From: an uncultured Pelagibacteraceae bacterium
GTDB lineage: Bacteria > Pseudomonadota > Alphaproteobacteria > Pelagibacterales > Pelagibacteraceae
Direction of reading: 5' to 3'
Length of the DNA: 64,000 nucleotides
Assembly: GCA_902596785.1 (NCBI GenBank)
Contig: CACJVG010000003.1
Coordinates: 874-64,873 of the forward strand
Shown here: piece by piece, positions 1 through 8,346 of the stretch
Layout of the letters: each line of letters begins with the position of its first letter
Numbering within the stretch: position 1 is the stretch's first letter
The notes under the pieces: model-generated
Told to the model about the DNA's origin: nothing
The model's database searches: none
What the model saw: only the letters and a program-made list of their open reading frames with translations
Program-made: the position numbers and the translations under genes

Positions 1-1547
1 GATCTAAAGAAACAATTAATTCTGAAATTGACACTGGTGAAATAGAGGTTGTTATTGAGCAGCATGAAGTTTTAGGCACTTGTAAAGAACTTCCCATGCC
101 AATCTTTAGTGATCAAGAATATGCAGAAGAAATAAGATTGAAATATAGATTCTTAGATTTAAGAAGAAAAAAAATCCATGAAAATATTATTTTAAGATCC
201 AAGGTTATTTCATACATCCGAAATGAAATGACTAAATTAGGTTTTTTAGAATTTCAAACACCAATTTTAACCTCATCTAGCCCAGAGGGTGCTAGAGATT
301 TTTTAGTACCTAGTCGTTTAAATCCAGGAAAATTTTATGCACTACCACAAGCTCCTCAGCAATTTAAACAATTAATAATGGTTTCTGGCTTTGATAGATA
401 CTTTCAAATTGCACCTTGTTTCAGAGATGAAGATGCAAGAGCAGACAGAAGTCCTGGGGAGTTTTATCAATTAGATTTAGAAATGTCATTTGTTGAACAA
501 GAGGATGTATTTAATGTTGTTGAAAAGTTAATGGTTAATACATTTAAAAATTTTTCAAATAAAAAACTGATGTTTGATAAATTTCCAAAGATTTCATACA
601 AAGAAGCAATGCTTAAATATGGTACTGATAAACCAGATTTAAGAAATCCACTCATTGTAAATGATATAACTGAAATTTTTACAAGAGAAGATGTTTCATT
701 TGAAATATTTAAAAAATTAGTAAAATCTGGATCTAAAGTAAGATGTATTGTTACAAAAAATACAAAAGATAAACCCAGAAGTTTTTTTGATAATATTGAT
801 AAATGGGCTAAAGAAGAAGGTGCTTCTGGTTTAGCTTATTTTACTTTTGAAAAAGATAAAGATATTTCAGCAAAAGGCCCTATAGGAAAATTCTTTTCTC
901 AAGATGCATTGGTTGAAATCATGAATAAAACAAACTGTGAGATAGGGGATAGTATTTTCATGGCTTGTGGAAAACAAGATGAATTAGAAAAAATTACTGC
1001 ACTAGCAAGAGATAAAATTGCAAAAGATCTTGATTTAATTGATGAAGATATTTTCGCATTTTGTTGGATTGTAGATTATCCAATGTTCGAAAAAGATGAA
1101 ACAACAAACAAGATTGAATTTAGTCATAATCCATTTTCAATGCCTCAAGGTGATTTAAGTGAAAAAGATTTTGAAAACCCATTAGATATACTTGCTTATC
1201 AATACGACATAGTTTGTAATGGTATAGAATTATCATCAGGAGCAATTAGAAATCATAAACCAGAACTTATGTATAAACTTTTCTCGATTGCAGGATATGA
1301 TAAAAATCAAGTAGATGAAAAATTTAGTGGCATGATTAATGCACTTAGTTATGGTGCACCTCCACACGGGGGAATAGCACCTGGTATTGATAGAATCGTA
1401 ATGTTACTAGCTAATGAGAAAAATATTAGGGAAGTTACTATGTTTCCAATGAACCAAAACGCACAAGATTTGATGATGAATGCACCATCTGAGGTAAATC
1501 CAGATCAATTGAAAGAATTAAATTTAGCTTTAAAAACAAAAAAATAA
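1..1547 (+). CDS. aspS: Aspartate--tRNA ligase (5' end outside window)
   Basis: Frame open from nt 3 ([16 protein letters not shown]...). Motifs [32 protein letters not shown] and [14 protein letters not shown]. Confidence 0.97.
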   Translation, partial: SKETINSEIDTGEIEVVIEQHEVLGTCKELPMPIFSDQEYAEEIRLKYRFLDLRRKKIHENIILRSKVISYIRNEMTKLGFLEFQTPILTSSSPEGARDFLVPSRLNPGKFYALPQAPQQFKQLIMVSGFDRYFQIAPCFRDEDARADRSPGEFYQLDLEMSFVEQEDVFNVVEKLMVNTFKNFSNKKLMFDKFPKISYKEAMLKYGTDKPDLRNPLIVNDITEIFTREDVSFEIFKKLVKSGSKVRCIVTKNTKDKPRSFFDNIDKWAKEEGASGLAYFTFEKDKDISAKGPIGKFFSQDALVEIMNKTNCEIGDSIFMACGKQDELEKITALARDKIAKDLDLIDEDIFAFCWIVDYPMFEKDETTNKIEFSHNPFSMPQGDLSEKDFENPLDILAYQYDIVCNGIELSSGAIRNHKPELMYKLFSIAGYDKNQVDEKFSGMINALSYGAPPHGGIAPGIDRIVMLLANEKNIREVTMFPMNQNAQDLMMNAPSEVNPDQLKELNLALKTKK

Positions 1548-1548
1548 C

Positions 1549-2373
1549 TTATTTTTTTCCTTTTAAACTTATTTTTACATCTGAAAGATCAACTAGATTT
1601 TTTTTATAATTATTTCTAACGAAACCTTTACTGGTAATGTCTTTTACAATTTTCAATAATTGATTTTGATCTTCAGAGCTTTGGTCTTCTGCATTGATGG
1701 CATCATTTCCTCCAATAGATGGAGTGTGGGCCAGATCTTCTCTATTTTGGTATGAAATAGCTAATTCTCTGAAAATATAATCCAAAATTGATGTAGCACT
1801 TAAAATTCTATCATTACCATGTACTTTGCCAGATGGTTCAAATTTTGTGCCAACAAATGCACTTATAAACTCATCTAAGGGAACACCGTATTGAAGGCCT
1901 AAAGAAACAGCAATTGCAAAGTTATTCATTAAGGCCTTAACAAGTTCACCCTCTTTACTGGTATCAATAAATATTTCTCCAATTTTTCCGTCTTCATATT
2001 CTCCAGTATGTAGGTAAACTTTATGGTCACCAATAGTAGCTTTTTGAATATATCCTTTTCTTCTGTCAGGCATGCTAAATCTTTTACCTGACTTCTCGTT
2101 AGCTATGTTTATACTTGTTATTATACTTTCTTTATTTATTTGGTTTTTTTTATCTGTTTCGGTAACTACCTCTACTTTGTTGTTTTCAAGGACTTTATTG
2201 TTTTTAGGATCTAGACTTTTTGTTTTTCTGTTATCAAGTTTTACGTCTAAAACCTCAAATTTACCATCATCTCTTTTTTCTAAATTTTTTAACTCTGCCT
2301 CATTAATATCATCTAAATAATGATTTACTTTAAAGGTACAGGTATAATAAGTTTCAACTAAATACTTTGCCAT
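1549..2373 (-). CDS. Stand-alone C-terminal (TSCPD-like) domain of class II ribonucleotide reductase NrdJ
   Basis: [59 protein letters not shown] and [14 protein letters not shown] match the alphaproteobacterial NrdJ C-terminal region. No catalytic barrel is present. Confidence 0.8.
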   Translation of the reverse strand: MAKYLVETYYTCTFKVNHYLDDINEAELKNLEKRDDGKFEVLDVKLDNRKTKSLDPKNNKVLENNKVEVVTETDKKNQINKESIITSINIANEKSGKRFSMPDRRKGYIQKATIGDHKVYLHTGEYEDGKIGEIFIDTSKEGELVKALMNNFAIAVSLGLQYGVPLDEFISAFVGTKFEPSGKVHGNDRILSATSILDYIFRELAISYQNREDLAHTPSIGGNDAINAEDQSSEDQNQLLKIVKDITSKGFVRNNYKKNLVDLSDVKISLKGKK

Positions 2374-2487
2374 TTGACCTCAATTTAAATTTTAATTTGA
2401 ATAATGAATCAATTAATTTATATACATATTCATATTTTAGTCTAATTTAAATTTTACAATTTTTAATTGAATAAATAAAAAAATATT

Positions 2488-2847
2488 ATGTTGACACTCT
2501 TAAGAAAAATTTTCACATGGTGGAATCAAGATACTTTTGGAACAAGACTAAAAACTATTTTTTTTGGAAAACTAGTTGGCACTGATGAACTAGGTAATAA
2601 ATACTATGAAAGTAAAAACGGAAAAAGATGGGTTATCTATTCAAAAACAATTGACGCATCAAAAATTCCTGTTGAATGGTATTCTTGGATACATTTTACA
2701 CCAAATAAAATTGAGAAAAAACATACCTTAGAAAAGTATGAATGGCAAAAACCACATCAAGAAAATTTAACTGGGACTGACTCAGCATATTATCCAAATA
2801 AAAATAAAGATGGTATTAAAAAGAAATACTCAAGTTGGAAAGAATAA
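2488..2847 (+). CDS. NADH:ubiquinone oxidoreductase subunit NDUFA12 family protein
   Basis: FTWWN, GKLVGTDELGNKYY, RWVIY, ASKIPVEWYSWIH, WQKPHQENLTGT. Confidence 0.92.
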   Translation: MLTLLRKIFTWWNQDTFGTRLKTIFFGKLVGTDELGNKYYESKNGKRWVIYSKTIDASKIPVEWYSWIHFTPNKIEKKHTLEKYEWQKPHQENLTGTDSAYYPNKNKDGIKKKYSSWKE

Positions 2848-3217
2848 TTTTAAATTAATCTATTTAGTTTTTTTATTTTATTTTTGTTTAGTTTTAAACT
2901 CAAATGCAAAAAGTAATTTAGAGGGAGCTTTTACTGATATAAAAATTTTGGATAAAATAAGCTCTAAAAATACTTTACTTAAAATTAAAAATGGAGAATT
3001 AATAAAGTTCAAAGATTTATCAATTAAAAGCCTGAAATGTAAAAATTCAGAATTTGATGATAATCCAGAAATAACTGCTTATATACAAGTTCGAGATTTG
3101 ACTAATAAAAATAATGATGAAGTTTTTGTTTTTAATGGTTGGATGTTTTCATCAAGTCCTTCGATCACGCCTTTTGATCATCCTGTTTACGATGTTTGGC
3201 TTGTTAGATGCTATTAA
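2810..3217 (+). CDS. DUF2155 family exported protein
   Basis: Signal peptide, LDKIS, VFNGWMFSSSPSITPFDHPVYDVWLVRC; usual position after the NDUFA12 gene. Confidence 0.85.
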   Translation: MVLKRNTQVGKNNFKLIYLVFLFYFCLVLNSNAKSNLEGAFTDIKILDKISSKNTLLKIKNGELIKFKDLSIKSLKCKNSEFDDNPEITAYIQVRDLTNKNNDEVFVFNGWMFSSSPSITPFDHPVYDVWLVRCY

Positions 3218-4551
3218 ACAATTGAATCTTTATCTAGCCAACTAACATTGAAATCTGAATTGATAAATTTTTTGTGGTTTAGTAGTTTTTTATGTAGAGG
3301 AATTGTTGTAGTTATTCCTTCAATAACAAATTCATCTAAAGATCTATTCATTCTTTGTATTGCTTCTGTTCTGTTTCTTCCATGACATATTAATTTACAA
3401 ACCATACTGTCGTAATAGGGTGTTACCTTATATCCTTGAAATATTGCACCATCTACTCTGGTTCTAAAACCAGATGGTTGATGACACATAGTAATAACTC
3501 CAGGTGAAGGCTGAAAGTTTTTACTTGCATCTTCTGCATTTATTCTACATTCAATTGCATGTCCTCTAGGGTTTATATCACTTTGTTTCAAAGCTGTTTC
3601 TCCTGAAAAAGCAATCCAGATTTGTTCTTTGATTATATCAACCCCTGTAACCATTTCTGTCACAGGATGTTCAACTTGAACTCTTGTATTCATCTCAAGG
3701 AAATAAAATTTCCCATCTTCATATATAAACTCAACAGTTCCAGCTCCCATATAACCTATTTTTGCAACCATTTTGACTGTTCTTTCAAATAAATCTTTTC
3801 TTATTTCATCATTTAAAACTGGACTTGGTGTTTCTTCTATTAATTTTTGATGTCTTCTTTGAACCGAACAATCTCTTTCGTGAAGGTGTACTGCTCTATT
3901 TTTTCCAGCTAATATTTGAACTTCAATATGTCTTGGATTTTGAAAAAATTTTTCAATATAGACTTCATCATTACCAAAGTATTTTTGAGCTTCTGATTTT
4001 GCAGTTGAAAACAGCGTTTCAAATTCTTCTTCCTTATAAACTATTTTCATACCTTTACCTCCACCTCCACCTGAGGCTTTGATTAAAACAGGAAAACCAA
4101 TTTTTTTACAAAGTTCTTTTGCTTCAGATACATCTTTTACTCCTCCTTCAGATCCTTCAATAACGGGCAACCCGTTATCTTTGGCTATCCTTTTTGCCTG
4201 GATTTTGTCACCCATCATTTCTATATGTTTTGATGATGCTCCAATAAAATTAATTTTGTTCTCTTCTAAAATTCTTGCAAAATTTGCATTTTCAGAAAGA
4301 AAACCATATCCAGGATGAACAGCATCAGCATTTGTAAGTTCTATTGCTGACATTAATGCTGGAATATTTAAATAACTATTTGCGGGTTGATGAGAACCTA
4401 TACAAACACTTTCATCTGCCATTCTAACATGCATGCTTTCTCTATCTACATCTGAATGAACAGCGACTGTAGGTATTCCCCATTCTTTACATGCTCTAAT
4501 AATTCTAACTGCAATTTCCCCACGGTTTGCAATTAAAATTTTTTTAAACAT
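3214..4551 (-). CDS. accC: Acetyl-CoA carboxylase biotin carboxylase subunit
   Basis: KILIANRGEIA, HPGYGFLSEN, GGGGKGM, ERDCSVQRRHQK, EMNTRVQVEHPVTE. Confidence 0.98.
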   Translation of the reverse strand: MFKKILIANRGEIAVRIIRACKEWGIPTVAVHSDVDRESMHVRMADESVCIGSHQPANSYLNIPALMSAIELTNADAVHPGYGFLSENANFARILEENKINFIGASSKHIEMMGDKIQAKRIAKDNGLPVIEGSEGGVKDVSEAKELCKKIGFPVLIKASGGGGGKGMKIVYKEEEFETLFSTAKSEAQKYFGNDEVYIEKFFQNPRHIEVQILAGKNRAVHLHERDCSVQRRHQKLIEETPSPVLNDEIRKDLFERTVKMVAKIGYMGAGTVEFIYEDGKFYFLEMNTRVQVEHPVTEMVTGVDIIKEQIWIAFSGETALKQSDINPRGHAIECRINAEDASKNFQPSPGVITMCHQPSGFRTRVDGAIFQGYKVTPYYDSMVCKLICHGRNRTEAIQRMNRSLDEFVIEGITTTIPLHKKLLNHKKFINSDFNVSWLDKDSIV

Positions 4552-4554
4552 TAT

Positions 4555-4989
4555 TTATTCTAGGATAATAATAGTTTGACCAAATTCTACAGGTTGGCCA
4601 TCTTCAACACAAATTTCTTTTACTATACCATCTGCTGTTGAAGGAACATGATTCATGGTTTTCATTGCCTCAACAATCATTATTGTATCGCCTTTTTTAA
4701 TTTTTTTTCCAATCTCAACAAATTTTTTAGCACCTGGTTCTGGAGCATGATAGGCAGTTCCAATTATAGGTGAAGTAATTTCAGTTCCTGATTTAATATT
4801 TTGAGTTTGAGTAGGTGCTGAACTTGATGCAGGTGATGAGGATGAAATTACTTGAGGTTGATTACTTATTGAGACATTATTTTTTGATACTTTAATTTTT
4901 GTATCTTTTTCAGTTATCTCTATTTCAGTAAGATTAAATTCTTTTAAATAATCACTTAATTCTTTAATTATTTTTTTATCTATTTTCAT
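4555..4989 (-). CDS. accB: Biotin carboxyl carrier protein
   Basis: EAMKTMN biotinylation motif, Ser/Pro-rich linker, directly upstream of accC. Confidence 0.96.
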   Translation of the reverse strand: MKIDKKIIKELSDYLKEFNLTEIEITEKDTKIKVSKNNVSISNQPQVISSSSPASSSAPTQTQNIKSGTEITSPIIGTAYHAPEPGAKKFVEIGKKIKKGDTIMIVEAMKTMNHVPSTADGIVKEICVEDGQPVEFGQTIIILE

Positions 4990-5425
4990 TATGCAAAGTC
5001 TTTTGTAATGAAATTATGGCCAAAATATATCCTTCAGCACCTAATCCAAAAATTCCTCCAGTTACCACACCACTTATAAGTGATTTATGTCTAAATTCTT
5101 CTCTTTTATAAATATTAGATAAATGTAGTTCGATTATTGGTTTTTTAAATAAATCTAGAGCATCTCTTATAGCTACAGAGGTATGAGTAAATGCGGCAGC
5201 ATTTATAATCATACCATCGAATTTATTCCTAGCATCTTGAATGATATTAACAAGCTCTCCTTCAACATTAGATTGAGCAAATTCAACATCAAGACCAATT
5301 TCTTTTGCTTTTTTAGAACAATTCTCTTTAAGTTGGTCATACGTAGTTGATCCATATTGTGATTGTTCTCTTTCTCCTAATAGATTAAGATTTGGACCGT
5401 TAATAATAATTATTTTATTATTCAT
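4976..5425 (-). CDS. aroQ: Type II 3-dehydroquinate dehydratase
   Basis: NGPNLNLLGERE, QSNVEG, THTSVAIRDAL, ELHLSNIYKREEFRH. Confidence 0.96.
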   Translation of the reverse strand: MNNKIIIINGPNLNLLGEREQSQYGSTTYDQLKENCSKKAKEIGLDVEFAQSNVEGELVNIIQDARNKFDGMIINAAAFTHTSVAIRDALDLFKKPIIELHLSNIYKREEFRHKSLISGVVTGGIFGLGAEGYILAIISLQKTLHNENR

Positions 5426-5441
5426 TCAGCACTTATATACG

Positions 5442-5660
5442 ATGAAAAAAATAAAAAAAATAAAAATCAAAATAAATGGTAAAATCAAATCTATAATTCA
5501 AGATTCTAATCTCTCTATGGTGTTAAAAAATCTTAAAATACCATTAAATAAAGTAGCAATTGAGCTTAATGAGGAAATAATAGATAAAAAAAAAATTAAT
5601 AAAATAAAATTAAATAAAAATGATAAAATTGAAATAGTTCATTTTATTGGAGGTGGTTAA
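5442..5660 (+). CDS. thiS: Sulfur carrier protein ThiS
   Basis: INGK, VAIELN, C-terminal IEIVHFIGGG; upstream of thiG. Confidence 0.93.
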   Translation: MKKIKKIKIKINGKIKSIIQDSNLSMVLKNLKIPLNKVAIELNEEIIDKKKINKIKLNKNDKIEIVHFIGGG

Positions 5661-6435
5661 TTTGAAAAAAGATAGTCTAATTATTGCGAATAAAAAATTT
5701 AATTCCAGATTAATTGTTGGAACAGGAAAATATAAAAGTATGTCTGAGTGTGCAAAGGCAATTAAACTGTCTGGAGCAGAAATTGTAACAGTTGCTGTAA
5801 GAAGGGTTAATATTTCAGATAAAAATAAGCCCTTGCTTATGGATTATATTGATCCAAAAAAAATTACATATTTACCCAATACTGCTGGATGCTTTAATTC
5901 AAAAGAAGCTTTGAGAACTTTAAGATTAGCAAGAGAAATAGGTGGTTGGAAGTTAGTTAAATTAGAAGTTTTAGGTGATAAAAAGAATTTATTTCCAGAC
6001 ATGATTGAAACTTTAAAATCTACAGAAGTTCTGGCTAAAGAGGGTTTTAAGGTTATGGTTTATTGTAATGATGATCCTTTAATGGCTAAGCGTTTAGAGA
6101 ATTCAGGTGCTGATGCTATTATGCCTCTAGCTGCACCAATCGGATCAGGATTAGGCATACAAAATAAAATCAATATTCAAATAATTAGAAATCAAACCAA
6201 ACTTCCATTAATAATTGATGCTGGTTTGGGTCAAGCTTCAGACGCTACAATTGCAATGGAATTAGGATGTGACGGAGTGCTTGTTAACACTGCTATAGCA
6301 AAAGCAAAAAAACCATTTGAAATGGCTTTAGCTTTTAAAAATGCTGTTATTGCAGGAAGACAATCTTACAAATCTGGAAGAATAGATAAAATTTTAATGG
6401 GTAATCCATCCTCACCATCAAAAGGAATTATTTAG
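5647..6435 (+). CDS. thiG: Thiazole synthase (start may be TTG 5662)
   Basis: SRLIVGTGKY, LPNTAGC, VKLEVLGD, MPLAAPIGSGLG, IDAGLG. Confidence 0.97.
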   Translation: MEVVNLKKDSLIIANKKFNSRLIVGTGKYKSMSECAKAIKLSGAEIVTVAVRRVNISDKNKPLLMDYIDPKKITYLPNTAGCFNSKEALRTLRLAREIGGWKLVKLEVLGDKKNLFPDMIETLKSTEVLAKEGFKVMVYCNDDPLMAKRLENSGADAIMPLAAPIGSGLGIQNKINIQIIRNQTKLPLIIDAGLGQASDATIAMELGCDGVLVNTAIAKAKKPFEMALAFKNAVIAGRQSYKSGRIDKILMGNPSSPSKGII

Positions 6436-8245
6436 TCTTGTTATAATACCTTTTTTTATTATATTTTTTTTTATTAATCTTTTTATTTTCTTTTTTTTCT
6501 GAAAATTTATCTTCTTTATTTTGTGTTTCTAAATTTTTTAATTTTTCATAATATTCTATTAGCTCTATCGTTTTTTTTGATTTATTTTTTATATCTATAA
6601 TGTACTCAGGTATAATTAAGGAATTATCGCTAATAATATCTATTTTCATTTTATTTTTTTTCTCAAAATAAGTTAAGTCATTAACAAAGTTTTCTTTAAG
6701 GAAATCTGAAATTTTTTCACAAACTTTTAATTCAACAAATTTAGCTTTGTTAATTACAGCTTTTAACTCAACAATTTTTAAAAGTTTTTGAGCAAAAGAC
6801 TCGTCTGTTAATGTAACTTTCCATTTTATTGCGCTTTCCCTCAGTCTTTGTCTTGACATCTCAAGAAGACCAAAATTACTTATTCTTCCAATTTGAATTC
6901 TAGCTCTATCTGACCTGCATTTTTCTTTAAGTTTTCTTTCTACCAACCTCCTATTTCCATAACTTAGCATATCAATAAAATCTATAATGATTAAACCAGA
7001 CAAATCTCTTATCTTTATTTGTCTTGCAATTTCTTCTGCAGCTTCAATATTCGTATCTAGAGCAGTGCTTTCAACATTTTTTCCTTTTATTGAACTTCCA
7101 GAATTTATATCGATAGAAACTAAAGCCTCTGTCGGGTTAATAACTAAATATCCTCCTGACTTTAGCTTAATTTCAGAGTCAAAAATTTGATTTAACTTTT
7201 GTTCAATATTTTCTTGAATAAATAGTGGAATTTTTCCTCTATATTTTTTTACTTTTTTGACATTTGACGGCATCATTGTTTTCATGAATGATTGAGCTTT
7301 TTTATAACCCTCATTACCTTCTATAACTATATTTTGGGTATTTTCGTCAAACATATCTCTTAATGTTCTTTTTATTATTTCACTTTCTTGATGTATTAAA
7401 GAAGGGGCAATAGAGTTTATTGCATTTTCTTTTATTTGGCTCCAAGAATTAATCAAAGTTTCTAAATCACTATTTATTTCATTTTTTGTTTTATTGCTTC
7501 CAGCAGTTCTGACAATTAATCCCATCTCTTTAGGTATTTCAATTTCATTTAAAATTGATCTTATTTTTTTTCTATCAGCAGGATTAAATATTTTTCTTGA
7601 TATACCTCCTCCTTTAGGAGTGTTTGGCATTAATACTATATACTTACCAGCAATAGAAATGAAAGTGCTTAAAGCTGCACCTTTTTGACCTCTCTCGTCT
7701 TTAATAACTTGTACAAGAATTACTTGGTTAGGTTTAATTACTTCCTGAATTTTATATCTTTTAAATTTAAATCTATTCTCTTTCTTTTTTTCTTTTTCAT
7801 CATCTAAATTTTCTTTTTCAGTAATATTTTCTTTATTATTTGAATCTTCTTCTATTTGATCTTCTGATATCTTTTCTATAGGATCATCAATTTCTAGTTT
7901 TCCTTCAGCAATATTTTCCTCTTCTTTAGCTTCAACTTCTCTTGAAAGTTCTTCTCTAGCTTTTTCTTCCTCCTCTTTAATTCTTTCTAAATCTGCTTTT
8001 GGTATCTGGTAATAATCTGATTGAATGTCATTAAAAGACAAAAACCCATGCCTCTCTCTTCCAAAATCAATAAAGGCTGCTTGCAAAGAGGGTTCAATTC
8101 TACTTACTTTGCCTAAATAAATATTGTTTTTAATTAAGTTATTTTTTAAACCTTCGTACTCGTAATCTTCAATATTTTCACCTGATTTAAGAACAACTCT
8201 AGTTTCGTTAGGATGCGAAGCATCGATATATAAATTTTTTTCCAT
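6428..8245 (-). CDS. rne: Ribonuclease E/G
   Basis: NIYLGKVSRIEPSLQAAFIDFG, acidic S1-domain insertion, IDINSG, QIKIRDLSGLIIIDFIDM, FGLLEMSRQR. Confidence 0.95.
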   Translation of the reverse strand: MEKNLYIDASHPNETRVVLKSGENIEDYEYEGLKNNLIKNNIYLGKVSRIEPSLQAAFIDFGRERHGFLSFNDIQSDYYQIPKADLERIKEEEEKAREELSREVEAKEEENIAEGKLEIDDPIEKISEDQIEEDSNNKENITEKENLDDEKEKKKENRFKFKRYKIQEVIKPNQVILVQVIKDERGQKGAALSTFISIAGKYIVLMPNTPKGGGISRKIFNPADRKKIRSILNEIEIPKEMGLIVRTAGSNKTKNEINSDLETLINSWSQIKENAINSIAPSLIHQESEIIKRTLRDMFDENTQNIVIEGNEGYKKAQSFMKTMMPSNVKKVKKYRGKIPLFIQENIEQKLNQIFDSEIKLKSGGYLVINPTEALVSIDINSGSSIKGKNVESTALDTNIEAAEEIARQIKIRDLSGLIIIDFIDMLSYGNRRLVERKLKEKCRSDRARIQIGRISNFGLLEMSRQRLRESAIKWKVTLTDESFAQKLLKIVELKAVINKAKFVELKVCEKISDFLKENFVNDLTYFEKKNKMKIDIISDNSLIIPEYIIDIKNKSKKTIELIEYYEKLKNLETQNKEDKFSEKKENKKINKKKYNKKRYYNKTK

Positions 8246-8346
8246 AATTTTGTTAATGTCAATTTCATTAGTAATTTAGTTTTTAAAAATTTTGTTTAAT
8301 TTTCTTGCCATATCTTTAACAAATTCCAAGATATAATGAAATTAAA

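Noticed and set aside
467-7688. Short opposite-strand ORFs (467-655, 2072-2320, 3825-4318, 6987-7190, 7494-7688)
   Set aside because: Shadow ORFs antisense to well-supported genes, with Ser/Phe/Ile-rich composition and no motifs.
7740-8000. Low-complexity Glu/Lys-rich stretch in rne as a repeat or insertion element
   Set aside because: It matches the known acidic S1-domain insertion of alphaproteobacterial RNase E and is in frame.
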